Assembly: GCA_045120465.1 (NCBI GenBank)
Contig: JBGVEW010000052.1
Span: 22,635 to 86,634 of the forward strand
DNA length: 64,000 nucleotides
Direction: 5' to 3'
Origin: Eubacteriales bacterium
GTDB lineage: Bacteria > Bacillota > Clostridia > Oscillospirales > CAG-272
Part shown: positions 18,511 to 28,751 of the stretch, piece after piece
Position numbering within the stretch: the stretch's first letter is position 1
Layout: every line of letters begins with the position of its first letter
Notes under the pieces: model-generated
The model's input: only the letters and a program-made list of their open reading frames with translations
What the model was told of the DNA's origin: nothing
The model's database searches: none
Translations under genes and position numbers: made by a program

Positions 18511-20211
18511 ATGAAAAAGGAAATGTTACATGAGAGAAAAGATTTTGCCAACGTGCGGGATCTGGTAGAATGGGCAGCGGAAACCTACGGAGAGGACACG
18601 GCGTTTTCCTGTAAGCTCAACCCCCACAAGGCAGAGGTTACGACGTACAGCTACGTTCAGCTCCGCGATGACGTGCGTGCGCTGGCTTCCTCGCTTTTGG
18701 CGATGGGGTGCGCGGGTAAAAACTGTGTACTGATCGGAAAAATGTCCTACGAGTGGGCAATTATGTATTACGCCACGATGTCCATTGGCGGTGTTTTGAT
18801 TCCTCTGGACCGCGATTGGCAGCCCGCCGATTTGGCAGATACTGTTGCAAAGGCAGATGCCGATTTTCTCTTCTGCGATGAGGATTTGGCAGAAAAAGCG
18901 ACCTATATCGCATCTCACGTCACCTCTCTCAAGAGTGCACCCGTATATTTGACGGCAAGCAACGAGGAGCGAAGAGTTTCCGATCTGGTCAAAGACGGTC
19001 GCGCGCTGTTTGCGGCAAATCCCGACGCATATCATCATGCACCCATCGATCCCCACGCGCTGGCACTTCTCGTATTCACCTCGGGAACCACGGGCAAGGG
19101 CAAGGGCGTTATGCTTCCGCAAAACGCGTTCCTGTCCGACCTTTCTTCGGTAATCCCGTATATCGATTTCGGTAAAAAGACGGTAGGCGTTTTGCCGCCT
19201 CACCACACCTTCGGCTCGTCGGTTATGCTCATCGGTCACGTCATGATCGGATGTGAGATCTATATTTCCGCGGGACTCCGTTATATCGTAAAGGAGCTCA
19301 AGGAGCAAAAGCCCGAGCACTTGGTGCTGGTTCCCTTGTATTTGGAGACCTTCTATCGCCGTATTCGCGCAACACTCAAGGAAAAAGGCAAGGAAAAGCT
19401 GGTTGCGCGCATGATCAAGATCAGTAACGCGCTTCTCAAAACCGGTATTGACGTGCGTAAAAAGCTGTTTGCGGAGATCCGTGCGGCGTTTGGCGGTGAG
19501 ATCAAGATGATCATTTCGGGCGGTGCTCCCATCAATCCCGAGATCATCGATTTCTTTGAGGCAATCGGTATTTCCACGCTCAACGGTTACGGAATTACCG
19601 AGTGCGCACCCATCATTGCGGTCAACAGAAGCCGTCATAACGTAAAGGGAAGCGTTGGTACCGTGTTGGACATCGACCACGTAAAGATCGATTCTCCCAA
19701 CGAGGACGGAGAGGGTGAAATTTGGGTTACGGGTCCCAACGTGATGCTGGGCTACTACAAGGATGAGGAAGCAACGCGCGAGGCGATCGACAGTGAGGGC
19801 TTCTTTAAAACCGGAGACTACGGTAAGCTCGACAAGAATAACATCCTCTATATCACGGGAAGAAAGAAGAATCTGATTATTCTTTCCAACGGTAAAAACG
19901 TATATCCCGAAGAGATCGAGAACGAGCTGGTTGCGATTCCCGGTGTCATCGACGTGATCGTTTACGAGGGGCAGAGCAAGAGAGGCTTGGAGCACAACGC
20001 GATCGTTGCCGAGGTTTATCCCGATAAGGAATTTATTGAAAAGAACGGTATTGAGGATATTCAGGCGCATCTGCAAAAGTACGTGGACGACTACAACAGA
20101 GGTGCGGTTCCTTACAAGAAGATCGGTATTCTCAAGGTCAGAACCGAGGAATTCCCCAAAAACACCCTGCGCAAGATCATGCGCTTTAAGCTGGATATGT
20201 CGATCGATTGA
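18511..20211 (+). CDS. AMP-dependent acyl-CoA synthetase/ligase (long-chain fatty-acid-CoA ligase-like)
   Basis: AMP-binding motif FTSGTTGKGKGVML and the downstream GYGITE and TGD motifs. ATG 18511 has an AAAGGA RBS. Confidence 0.85.
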   Translation: MKKEMLHERKDFANVRDLVEWAAETYGEDTAFSCKLNPHKAEVTTYSYVQLRDDVRALASSLLAMGCAGKNCVLIGKMSYEWAIMYYATMSIGGVLIPLDRDWQPADLADTVAKADADFLFCDEDLAEKATYIASHVTSLKSAPVYLTASNEERRVSDLVKDGRALFAANPDAYHHAPIDPHALALLVFTSGTTGKGKGVMLPQNAFLSDLSSVIPYIDFGKKTVGVLPPHHTFGSSVMLIGHVMIGCEIYISAGLRYIVKELKEQKPEHLVLVPLYLETFYRRIRATLKEKGKEKLVARMIKISNALLKTGIDVRKKLFAEIRAAFGGEIKMIISGGAPINPEIIDFFEAIGISTLNGYGITECAPIIAVNRSRHNVKGSVGTVLDIDHVKIDSPNEDGEGEIWVTGPNVMLGYYKDEEATREAIDSEGFFKTGDYGKLDKNNILYITGRKKNLIILSNGKNVYPEEIENELVAIPGVIDVIVYEGQSKRGLEHNAIVAEVYPDKEFIEKNGIEDIQAHLQKYVDDYNRGAVPYKKIGILKVRTEEFPKNTLRKIMRFKLDMSID

Positions 20212-20229
20212 TCGAAAATCAAACAAAAA

Positions 20230-20261
20230 GGGAGTCAAATGTGAAAACGCATTTGACTCCC
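20230..20261 (+). terminator. Intrinsic terminator (GTCAAATG-family hairpin) after the ligase gene
   Basis: GGGAGTCAAATGtgaaaaCGCATTTGACTCCC followed by TTTTTG. Confidence 0.8.
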
Positions 20262-20293
20262 TTTTTGCAGACTATAGACAAAACTTACAACTT

Positions 20294-20480
20294 TCGTCAG
20301 TTTGACAAAAGTTTTGGTCAAGCTTTTTCAAAAGCTTGCGCAGTGGAGGGCGCGTAGCCCTCCTCGCGCTCCGCAGAGCGCGAAATTTACCTCGGCGTTT
20401 CTCGTTTGTTAGCTTTTATCATTGCGCCTATGGTGTCAAACAGAAAAGCGGCTAAGGCGTTTGTCCTATCTCACAAATCG
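20294..20480 (+). repeat. Structured intergenic repeat, copy B
   Basis: Homologous to 12096-12294 (see copy A). Two internal stems differ from copy A by compensatory changes. Confidence 0.8.
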
Positions 20481-20505
20481 TATGTCCTCGGCCTACAGTC
20501 TGAAA

Positions 20506-20537
20506 GGGAGTCAAATGCGAAAACGCATTTGACTCCC
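20506..20537. terminator. Second copy of the GTCAAATG-family hairpin (31/32 identical to 20230-20261)
   Basis: GGGAGTCAAATGcgaaaaCGCATTTGACTCCC followed by TTTTTG. Lies 8 nt from the stop of the minus-strand exporter gene. Confidence 0.7.
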
Positions 20538-20544
20538 TTTTTGT

Positions 20545-21006
20545 TTATTCCATCTGCTTTTTTCTCAGCATTTCCACTACGTACAACAGCATTTTCGTTA
20601 CTGCGCTGACCAAAACGATTCCCAGTGCCAAGGCAACCGCCAATTGAAGCGTGTAAACGCCCTTGTCCAGAAAATGCAACAGATCTCCCTCAAACACCGA
20701 CGTCATGGTGTAGTATAAAGAACCTCCGGGGATCAGTGGGATGAGGGAGGTAATGAGAAAGGTGGTGGTAGGCGTTTTTAACAAACGTGCCATGATTTCC
20801 GCATAGACGGAGATCAAAACCGCCACCAAAAAATAGCGGATCGATTCACTTTCGGTGAGGAATTTGAACAGCAGAAAGAGCGTCCATGAAAGAAATCCGC
20901 CCAGTGCCGAAAGCACCAGCTTTTTGCCGTGAATGTTGTAAAGAACGGCAAAACCCAAGGAACCGAGAAAACCCGTAATGATTTGCAAAATTTCAAACGA
21001 AGTCAT
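20545..21006 (-). CDS. Threonine/serine exporter family protein, small subunit (DUF3815-type)
   Basis: About 150 aa with 5 TM helices, including LIPLIPGGSLYYTM. ATG 21006 begins 1 nt after the stop of the upstream partner. Confidence 0.75.
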   Translation of the reverse strand: MTSFEILQIITGFLGSLGFAVLYNIHGKKLVLSALGGFLSWTLFLLFKFLTESESIRYFLVAVLISVYAEIMARLLKTPTTTFLITSLIPLIPGGSLYYTMTSVFEGDLLHFLDKGVYTLQLAVALALGIVLVSAVTKMLLYVVEMLRKKQME

Positions 21007-21007
21007 T

Positions 21008-21757
21008 TCAAAGCCCTCCCAACGTACAAACGAAGAGGAAATATCCTGCGGCAATGGCAAGCGCGGTCAACATGGCGTCGATCAAGCGCAAAAGCCCGGC
21101 TACGCTGTCTCCTGTAAACAGGTCGCGCAGAGCGTTGGTCAAACCCACTCCCGGGATCAGTAGCATGATCGTTCCGATAATTACCTTGTCAATGCTTGCG
21201 AGCCAGCCGAGCTTGACCGTGACAAACGTAACGGCACAGGCAAGAAAGGTGGCGGCAAGACGGGAAAAGATCTTGTTCATCAAGGTTTTGTCGCTTAAGG
21301 CGACCACGAATTTCATCAACGCGCCCACAAACGCGGCAATCAGGGCATCCCATACTCCGCCGCCGAAAAAGAGCGCAAAGGAGGAGGCGATCACGGCATA
21401 GGAAAGGCAAGACACCCAAAACGGATAGCTGTAGGTTCGCATAATCTCGTCGTATTCCGCACGAATCTGCTCCGTTGTCAAAGCTTTCGTACAGATCTTG
21501 CGGGAAAGCTCGTTGAGGCGGTGAAGCCGTTCGATGTCGGTTCCCGAAGAAAGGATTCTGCGCGTTTGCGTAAAGGGATGATCCTCGGCATCGTACACCG
21601 TGACGATCATACTGCTGGTAATGATAAACACATCGACGCGTTTTGCGCCCAAGGCGTGGCACATTCGCTCGATGCTATCCTCGACGCGATAGATTTCAGC
21701 ACCCGACATCAGCATTTGCTCGCCAATGTCCAAGGTGCATCTTAACAGTTCTTTCAT
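21008..21757 (-). CDS. Threonine/serine exporter family protein, large subunit (ThrE/DUF1212-type)
   Basis: MKELLRCTLDIGEQMLMSGAEIYRVEDSIERM is the typical N-terminus. ATG 21757 has GGAG 8 nt upstream; the track start at 21871 is an extension. Confidence 0.75.
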   Translation of the reverse strand: MKELLRCTLDIGEQMLMSGAEIYRVEDSIERMCHALGAKRVDVFIITSSMIVTVYDAEDHPFTQTRRILSSGTDIERLHRLNELSRKICTKALTTEQIRAEYDEIMRTYSYPFWVSCLSYAVIASSFALFFGGGVWDALIAAFVGALMKFVVALSDKTLMNKIFSRLAATFLACAVTFVTVKLGWLASIDKVIIGTIMLLIPGVGLTNALRDLFTGDSVAGLLRLIDAMLTALAIAAGYFLFVCTLGGL

Positions 21758-22054
21758 AACGTATCTCCAACCGGATTTGACTTTTGGTGGAGTTATTATA
21801 TCACGGAAGCTTCCAAAAAGCAAGATGTTTTTTTCAAAACGCGGGAAAAGTGACGGACAAAGCGAAATCAAGCGCCTTTTCTTTCTTTTTGCGTCGCTTT
21901 TGTGACGGTTTTTGAAAAAAACTCGTAAAATTATAAAAATTATAATGGAAGTGTTTACAAAAACAAAAAAGTATGCTATACTATTATAATAGGACGGTGT
22001 TGCAATTCGAAAATGAATGAATACCGCTTAAAAGGAAAGAAAGGAGAGGCGGAT

Positions 22055-23302
22055 ATGGAAAAGGTTGCGGAAGAGTTGCAGAATCCGTGGGAAAAACGAG
22101 TGGAATTTTCCCGTGTGAAGAGTGCGCACGTTGCGGCAGCGATGCTCGCGGTTGCACTTTGCGCACTGGAGCTTGCCTGTTTTGCCTTTGAGGCACTTGC
22201 GTGGATCGTTTTGCCGGCTCTCTTTGTTTATACCGTGATTACCGTGCGCTCTCCCGGGGCGGTTGGATCTATCCTGATCGTTGCCGTAGGCGTCACGCTT
22301 CTTTCGGGAACTCTCGTGTTTGGCGCAATGGCACTATCTCTGATCGTGGGAACGGGAAGCCTTGCGTGGCTTCTCACGGTCAAGCGTCCGCCGTATTTGG
22401 CGATGCTCATTCCCGTTTTGATGTTCTTTTTGGGATGGTTCATTACGCATGACGTATGGTTTTCGCTTCTTGCCTTGTCCTTTGTCCCGGCCGCGATCCT
22501 CTTGGCACACGCCACGGTTACCGACCGCGGGCGCACCTCCGCCATCCTGTTTGCCGAAGGCGGACTTCTCCTGTCGGTTTTCGTTTTGATCGCCATCGTA
22601 ATCTACCGTATGTACGGTGCGTTGGACGGTGTAACGATTGCACGCGCCGTGGAGGAAACGCGCGGATATTTTTTGCATATGCTCTTGACTCTGCGCGAGG
22701 AACTGATCCTTGCGGTGCAGGCAACGGGGGCTGAAGGGATGCAGGCGATGGTCGATCAGCTCAATACCGTTCTCAGCATGGAAAATCTGAACGCGGTGCT
22801 GTCGCTCCTGTTCAACCTGATTCCCGCATTTTTGACGATCGGATGCAGTATCATTGCGTTTGAGTCGCATCTGCTGCTGGAAATGACCTATCTTTCCACC
22901 GGCTGGAAGCAGGTGCTCACTCGCAACTATTGCGTCTTTACCATGAGCGTTACGGCAAGCTTGCTGTATTACGTCAGCTTCCTTTTGACCATGTTTGCGG
23001 ACGGAAGAACGCTCTTTGGCGCGGCAATGCAAAACGTTTGCTTGATTCTGCTTCCGGGCTTTTGCGTCCTCGGCGCGTGGTCGCTGTTGGCGCGCATCCG
23101 CTTTTCAAAGGGCGGAGCTAAGATTTTTTGGATTCTGCTGTGTGCGTCCTTCATATGCTGCGCCGGCTTTTCGGCACTGTATTTTTTGGCGCTGTGGGGG
23201 GCAAATACCACCATCACCATGGCCTTGCGCAACCGTATGATTCAAAAGATGCGCGAGATGGGCGGCAAGGGCCCCGACGACCGCGACGACGATCCTCAAT
23301 AA
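22055..23302 (+). CDS. Polytopic membrane protein, YybS-like (DUF2232-type)
   Basis: Multi-TM protein directly upstream of gdpP-rplI-dnaB. This matches the B. subtilis yybS-yybT(gdpP)-rplI-dnaC order. AGGAGAGG RBS before ATG 22055. Family assignment rests mainly on synteny. Confidence 0.6.
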   Translation: MEKVAEELQNPWEKRVEFSRVKSAHVAAAMLAVALCALELACFAFEALAWIVLPALFVYTVITVRSPGAVGSILIVAVGVTLLSGTLVFGAMALSLIVGTGSLAWLLTVKRPPYLAMLIPVLMFFLGWFITHDVWFSLLALSFVPAAILLAHATVTDRGRTSAILFAEGGLLLSVFVLIAIVIYRMYGALDGVTIARAVEETRGYFLHMLLTLREELILAVQATGAEGMQAMVDQLNTVLSMENLNAVLSLLFNLIPAFLTIGCSIIAFESHLLLEMTYLSTGWKQVLTRNYCVFTMSVTASLLYYVSFLLTMFADGRTLFGAAMQNVCLILLPGFCVLGAWSLLARIRFSKGGAKIFWILLCASFICCAGFSALYFLALWGANTTITMALRNRMIQKMREMGGKGPDDRDDDPQ

Positions 23303-23348
23303 CTCACGACGTTACCATTTCCCATCCTGATAAAAGGAGAGTGACAAT

Positions 23349-25472
23349 ATGCAAAACAAGAAGAACCATATTCGCCTGCCGGATCTGAAAGCTCCGTTGA
23401 TTATCTGTTCGATGATCGGTGCGCTGTTACTCGGTATGTTTTTGATTACGGCTTTTGCGGTGGAGGATATCGAACGGGTGCAACGCTACGGAATTTTGCT
23501 GTGCGCTGTATATGCGATTACGGTTGGCGTGATCGTTGCGGCACATCTGCTCCGTTACCGTCGGATCCGTAACGCGGATGAAGCCGCGGAGCTGATGACC
23601 ACCGAGATCAGCGATATGTTCCGCTACGTGGTTGACATTCCGTACGCGATCGTCAACGAGGAGGGCACGGTCAAGATCGTCAGCGGTGCGTTACAGGATA
23701 TGTTACAGTTCCGTTCTCCCGTGTGTAACGTTCCGCTCTCAAGCTTTTGCAGCGTTCCGATCAAGGACGTGGTCGCGTACGCGCAAAACGGCGGACCCGT
23801 AAAGGATATTACCTTTAACGAGGACGGTGTTCCGATCGATCATACCAAGCCGATGATCACCGAGATCGACGGCAAAAAATACGGCTTGCGTTGCTATATT
23901 CTGCGCTCACGCGGTAAGGATTACTATTTTATCGTGTTCAACGATATTACCGATTTGGAAAATCTTCGCAAGACGATGTACGAAAACGAGCCGATCGTAG
24001 CGTATATCGTGATCGACAGCTTGCAGGAGCTGGCACAGTATATCCGTGTCAGTTACCGTACCGCGGTCAATGAGATCGAGGCAAAGCTTAAGGAATGGGC
24101 GGCAAGCTTTGGCGGAATGCTGCGAGAGTATGAGCGCGAAAAATATTTGTTGGTCTTTACACGCGCGGCACTTGACCGTTGTGTGCGCGGAAAATTCCGC
24201 ATTCTGGATACCATCCGAAGCATTCGCTTGGGGGATAACAGCTTTCCGGTCACCATTTCGATCGGTGTCGGAGCGATCGACGGTTCGTTTGAGGACAAAG
24301 AACGTGCCGCGGGAGACGCGCTCGACGTGGCACTTCAAAAGGGAGGCGACCAAGCGGCTGTTAACGACGGCAAGAGCGTTACCACCTACGGCGGACGCGT
24401 CAACACCATGGCGGGCTCTACCACCATTACTTCCCGTGTCAACTCTCAGCACCTGTGCCGCTTGATGAAGGAGGCGGGGAACGTGCTGATCATGGGACAC
24501 CGTTCTCCCGACTACGATTCCATCGGCTCCTGCGTCGGTCTTGCGCGTCTTGCAATCTGTGCGCGCGGAGGAGACACCTCAAAAATCCGTATCGTTGTCA
24601 ATCGGGATCATGCCAATTTTCGACTTTGCTACGATCTCTTGGCGGCACTTCCCGAATACCGTTCCATGTTTATCGGTGGCGACACCGCGCTGGATGCGGT
24701 GCGCTCGGATACGCTTTTGATCATGAGTGACGTAAACAACGTCTTTAACACCGAGGCACCCAAGCTTCTCAAATGCGTCGGTAACGTGGTGATCATCGAC
24801 CATCACAGAAGGCAGGATCAGCTTTACGAATTCAAGCCTCTTATGACCTATATCCGTCCCGGTGTTTCGGCGGCAAGCGAATTGGTCAGTGAGATGCTGG
24901 AATTCAGCCCGCACCACGATTCGCTCCTCAAGGAAGAGGCGAACCTGATGCTGGCGGGTATGATGCTGGATACCAAAAACTTTACCACGGGCGTGGGAAT
25001 GCAGACCTTCTCCGCCGTGCATTATCTCTACGAGAGAGGTGCGCACGCGAGCGTGGTACGCAGATTCTTTACCGAAACCATGTCCACGCTCTTTACCGCG
25101 TCGGATATCGACAGCCGTACCCGTACCTATCGGGATAAGATCGCTCTGACCTGGCTCAGCGTCGATCATCCCGCAACTGAGGAGGATAACATCGCGGTTG
25201 CAAAGGCAGCGGACAAGCTGATGAATATCGACGGCATTGAGGCGTCCTTTGCCATTTTGCGCGCGGAGAACACCGTCAATATTTCCGCTCGCTCGCATGA
25301 TAAGATCAACGTGCAAATGATTATGCAAAAGCTGGGCGGCGGCGGTCACTACGATATGGCGGGCGCAAGGCTTGTGGACGTAACCTTGGAGGAAGCCTGC
25401 CGCAAACTCAAGGAAGCGCTCGACCAATATATGGACAATGAATACGAGTCCGAAAAGAAAACCAAAAAATAA
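23349..25472 (+). CDS. gdpP: Cyclic-di-AMP phosphodiesterase GdpP (2 TM, PAS-like, degenerate GGDEF, DHH/DHHA1)
   Basis: Two N-terminal TM helices, DHH-family motifs (GHRSPDYDSIGS, IIDHHRR) and DHHA1 GGGGHYDMAG. Conserved position before rplI. Confidence 0.85.
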   Translation: MQNKKNHIRLPDLKAPLIICSMIGALLLGMFLITAFAVEDIERVQRYGILLCAVYAITVGVIVAAHLLRYRRIRNADEAAELMTTEISDMFRYVVDIPYAIVNEEGTVKIVSGALQDMLQFRSPVCNVPLSSFCSVPIKDVVAYAQNGGPVKDITFNEDGVPIDHTKPMITEIDGKKYGLRCYILRSRGKDYYFIVFNDITDLENLRKTMYENEPIVAYIVIDSLQELAQYIRVSYRTAVNEIEAKLKEWAASFGGMLREYEREKYLLVFTRAALDRCVRGKFRILDTIRSIRLGDNSFPVTISIGVGAIDGSFEDKERAAGDALDVALQKGGDQAAVNDGKSVTTYGGRVNTMAGSTTITSRVNSQHLCRLMKEAGNVLIMGHRSPDYDSIGSCVGLARLAICARGGDTSKIRIVVNRDHANFRLCYDLLAALPEYRSMFIGGDTALDAVRSDTLLIMSDVNNVFNTEAPKLLKCVGNVVIIDHHRRQDQLYEFKPLMTYIRPGVSAASELVSEMLEFSPHHDSLLKEEANLMLAGMMLDTKNFTTGVGMQTFSAVHYLYERGAHASVVRRFFTETMSTLFTASDIDSRTRTYRDKIALTWLSVDHPATEEDNIAVAKAADKLMNIDGIEASFAILRAENTVNISARSHDKINVQMIMQKLGGGGHYDMAGARLVDVTLEEACRKLKEALDQYMDNEYESEKKTKK

Positions 25473-25504
25473 TCAAAAAACAAGAAAAACGGAGAGACTA
25501 CATC

Positions 25505-25951
25505 ATGAAAGTGATTTTGCTTGCTGACGTAAAAGGTCAGGGAAAAAAGAATGACGTTATCGAGGTATCCGACGGCTACGGAAAGAACTTTTTGATTCCC
25601 CGTAAGCTGGCGAAGGCGGCGGATGCGCAGTCCCTCAATGACGTAAAAGTCAAGGAAGAGGCGCGCCTGTACCGTATTGAAACCGAGAAAAAGGAAGCCA
25701 AGGCATTGGCAGAAAAATTCAAAGAGACGTTGGTCAAGATCCCTGCGTCCTCAGGAGCGGACGGCAGACTCTACGGATCTGTTACCGCCAAGGACATTTC
25801 CGAGAGATTGCAGGCAGACTACGGCATTTCCATTGATAAGAGAAAGATCGTGATGAACGATCCCATCAAGGCGTACGGAAAATATGAGCTGGACGTTAAG
25901 CTTTACCCCGAGGTAACGGGCAAGCTTTACGTTCTGGTTTGTGAAAAGTAA
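25505..25951 (+). CDS. rplI: 50S ribosomal protein L9
   Basis: MKVILLADVKGQGKKNDVIEVSDGYGKNFLIPRKLA is the canonical L9 N-terminus; 148 aa. Confidence 0.95.
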   Translation: MKVILLADVKGQGKKNDVIEVSDGYGKNFLIPRKLAKAADAQSLNDVKVKEEARLYRIETEKKEAKALAEKFKETLVKIPASSGADGRLYGSVTAKDISERLQADYGISIDKRKIVMNDPIKAYGKYELDVKLYPEVTGKLYVLVCEK

Positions 25952-25956
25952 TTGCC

Positions 25957-27297
25957 ATGCAAGAGGAATTGATTCGAAAGCTCCCGTTCTCCATGCCCGC
26001 CGAGCAATCGCTTCTCGGTGCGGTGCTGATCGATCCCGCGTCTCTCAACGAGGTTGCGGATCTGATCGTTTCGGAGGATTTCTATCTCTCGGAGCATAAA
26101 CAGATCTATCTTGCGATGCACGAGTTGTTTTTGGCAAACAGCGAGATCGACGTTGTTACGCTGATCGATATGCTGGTCACCAAGGGCATCTATGACAAGT
26201 CGGGCGGTGAGGATTATATCCGCACCCTGACCGAGGCGGTTCCGGATGCGCTCAACATCAAGGACTATGCCCGCATCGTCAAGGAAAAAAGTGTATTGCG
26301 TCAATTGATCAGCGCGTGCAGCGAGATCTCCGAAAGCGCGTATTCCGAGCAGGAATCGGTGTCCGAGATCCTCGACCATGCCGAAAATCTGATCTTCCAC
26401 ATCGCGCAAGGAAGAGATACCAAAAACTTCCGCCATATCCGTGAGGTGCTTGGCGACGTTTATAACCATTTGCACGAGCTCAATACCAACAAGGAAGCCA
26501 CGCAGGGAACGCAGACGGGATTTTCCGCGCTCGACCGTGTTTTGGCGGGTATGGGAAAAAGCGATCTGGTTTTGGTCGGTGCGCGTCCCGGTATGGGTAA
26601 GACCTCGTTTGCGCTCAATATTGCTACCAACGTTGCAAAGCAAACCAAAAAGGCAGTTTGTATCTTCTCCCTCGAAATGTCGGCGGAGCAGTTGGTCAAC
26701 CGCGTATTGGCGAGTGAAGCACTGGTCAACAGCTACACGCTCCGTACGGGTGAGCTCGCCCCCGAGGATTGGGAGCATCTTGCCGTTGCGGCGGGAGAGC
26801 TTGCGGGGTGCGATATTCTGATCGACGATACCTCGGGTATGACGGTTACCGCGATGAAGGCAAAGCTGCGCCGCGTTAAGAATCTCGGCATGGTCGTAAT
26901 CGACTATCTGGGATTGATGACCGGCGATCGCCATAACGATAACCGCGTGCAGGAGGTCTCCGAGATCTCGCGTTCGCTCAAGATCATGGCAAAGGAGCTG
27001 ATGGTGCCGGTCGTATGCTGTGCACAGCTCTCCCGTGGTCCCGAATCCCGAACCGATAAACGTCCGATGCTGTCGGATCTGCGTGATTCGGGTGCGATCG
27101 AGCAGGACGCCGATACTGTCATTTTCCTATACCGTGACGAATATTATAAGACCGATGCCGCCAATCAGGATGCGAGCATTGCGGAGGTCATTATCGCAAA
27201 GAACCGTCATGGATCGGTTGGTTCGGTCAATATGGGATGGAACGGACAGTTTACCAAGTTTATTACCATTGATAATCAGCAGGACGCAAACGCATGA
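25957..27297 (+). CDS. dnaB: Replicative DNA helicase DnaB
   Basis: PFSMPAEQSLLGAVLIDP N-domain, Walker A GARPGMGKTSFALN, and the RecA-like core with QLSRGPE. Confidence 0.95.
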   Translation: MQEELIRKLPFSMPAEQSLLGAVLIDPASLNEVADLIVSEDFYLSEHKQIYLAMHELFLANSEIDVVTLIDMLVTKGIYDKSGGEDYIRTLTEAVPDALNIKDYARIVKEKSVLRQLISACSEISESAYSEQESVSEILDHAENLIFHIAQGRDTKNFRHIREVLGDVYNHLHELNTNKEATQGTQTGFSALDRVLAGMGKSDLVLVGARPGMGKTSFALNIATNVAKQTKKAVCIFSLEMSAEQLVNRVLASEALVNSYTLRTGELAPEDWEHLAVAAGELAGCDILIDDTSGMTVTAMKAKLRRVKNLGMVVIDYLGLMTGDRHNDNRVQEVSEISRSLKIMAKELMVPVVCCAQLSRGPESRTDKRPMLSDLRDSGAIEQDADTVIFLYRDEYYKTDAANQDASIAEVIIAKNRHGSVGSVNMGWNGQFTKFITIDNQQDANA

Positions 27298-28688
27298 CGC
27301 AGTTGGAGCTTTGGCGGGAGATGGAGTCTCCCCAACGCTTGTCGGGATATCCGATGGATACGGCAGTGTTGCTGGCGTATTCCGGTGGGGCGGATTCCAC
27401 GGTGTTGTTGCATTGCTTGATTGCACTGCGCCGTCAAAATCCGTTTCCGTTGATTTTAGCGCACGTCAATCACGGAATCCGAGGCGATGAAGCGATTCGA
27501 GACCGAGATTTTTGCGTCGGGGTCGCACGGAGAGAGGGATTGGAGATCTGTGTGCTGGATGCCGACGTTCCGAGCCTTGCCGCAAAGAGCGGAAGAGGCT
27601 TGGAGGAAGAGGCGCGCGCGGTGCGATATGAATATTTTGAGCGTTTGATGAGGGAGCGTGAGATCCCGATTCTCGTAACGGCACATCACGCAAACGATCA
27701 GCTCGAAACGCTTTTGTTCCGTATGTCACGCGGAACGGGCTTGCATGGGCTTTGCGGAATTCCCACAGTGCGTTCGTTCGCCAACGGTCATCTCGTGCGT
27801 CCGATGCTTGGCTTTTCGCGGGAACGGATCGAAGCCTTTTGCCGCGAGAACAGATTGGAGTACGTAACCGATGCGACCAATCAGGATCTTTCCTACGCAC
27901 GCAACCGCCTGCGTGGTGAGGTCGTTCCCATTTTGGAGGAGCTTTTCTCGGGATGCGCGGAGCGTGTAGCCGACATGGCGGCGGTGTTGCGTGAGGATGA
28001 CGTTTATCTTTCCTCTCTTGCCGATGCGTTTTTAGAGGAGTATTCCCAAGCGGAAGGCTTGCCGACGGCAGCATTGCAAAAACTTGCTTTGCCGATCCGT
28101 AAGCGAGCTTTGATGCATTGGGCAGAGAAGTTGGGAAGCACTTTGGAGAGCGTGCATCTGGAAAAACTGATGCGCGTATGCATCCAAGAGACCTCAAATG
28201 CAAGAGTCGCGTTGCCAAACGGCAGATACGCGGTTTGCCAAAACGGCAGATTGCATCTGACCAAGGAGCGTGTGCGCTCGATCCCCAATTACCGTATTCC
28301 GTTTGCGATCGGCGTGCAGACGGCAGGAGATACGGGAATCCAAATTTTGGTACAACAAGCCGAAAATGGTGGAGACGGAGAAAAAATTCACAATTTATCA
28401 ACGGTTTCCCCCCTTATTTTAACAGAAAAGCTTGATACAATAACAAAAGACGCCTATTGGCGACCGCGAAAAGAGGGAGACGTACTGCTTTTGCGCGGTA
28501 TGCACCGTAAGCTCCGCAGGCTTTATGCCAAAGCGGGATTTTCGCCGGAGGCGCGGGAACAGATGCCGCTTTTGTGCGATGGCGAAGGTGTGCTTTGGGC
28601 ACCCGGAATCGGGGTGCGCGACGGTATCGCCGCCTGTTGTGAGCGTGGCGGTTATCATTTGCAGATCTGCTTTCCCCGGGAACCGTAA
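27294..28688 (+). CDS. tilS: tRNA(Ile)-lysidine synthetase
   Basis: PP-loop LLAYSGGADSTVLL. ATGA overlap with the dnaB stop. Confidence 0.9.
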   Translation: MTQLELWREMESPQRLSGYPMDTAVLLAYSGGADSTVLLHCLIALRRQNPFPLILAHVNHGIRGDEAIRDRDFCVGVARREGLEICVLDADVPSLAAKSGRGLEEEARAVRYEYFERLMREREIPILVTAHHANDQLETLLFRMSRGTGLHGLCGIPTVRSFANGHLVRPMLGFSRERIEAFCRENRLEYVTDATNQDLSYARNRLRGEVVPILEELFSGCAERVADMAAVLREDDVYLSSLADAFLEEYSQAEGLPTAALQKLALPIRKRALMHWAEKLGSTLESVHLEKLMRVCIQETSNARVALPNGRYAVCQNGRLHLTKERVRSIPNYRIPFAIGVQTAGDTGIQILVQQAENGGDGEKIHNLSTVSPLILTEKLDTITKDAYWRPRKEGDVLLLRGMHRKLRRLYAKAGFSPEAREQMPLLCDGEGVLWAPGIGVRDGIAACCERGGYHLQICFPREP

Positions 28689-28751
28689 GACGGTTTTGGA
28701 AAAGCATTTTGAAGATAGAACGGTATAATCCGATAATGGAGGAGTTTGATT

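Noticed and set aside
18526-20238. 570-aa minus-strand ORF, almost co-extensive with the acyl-CoA ligase gene
   Set aside because: The plus-strand frame carries the AMP-binding signatures. The minus frame is a shadow ORF and runs through the terminator hairpin.
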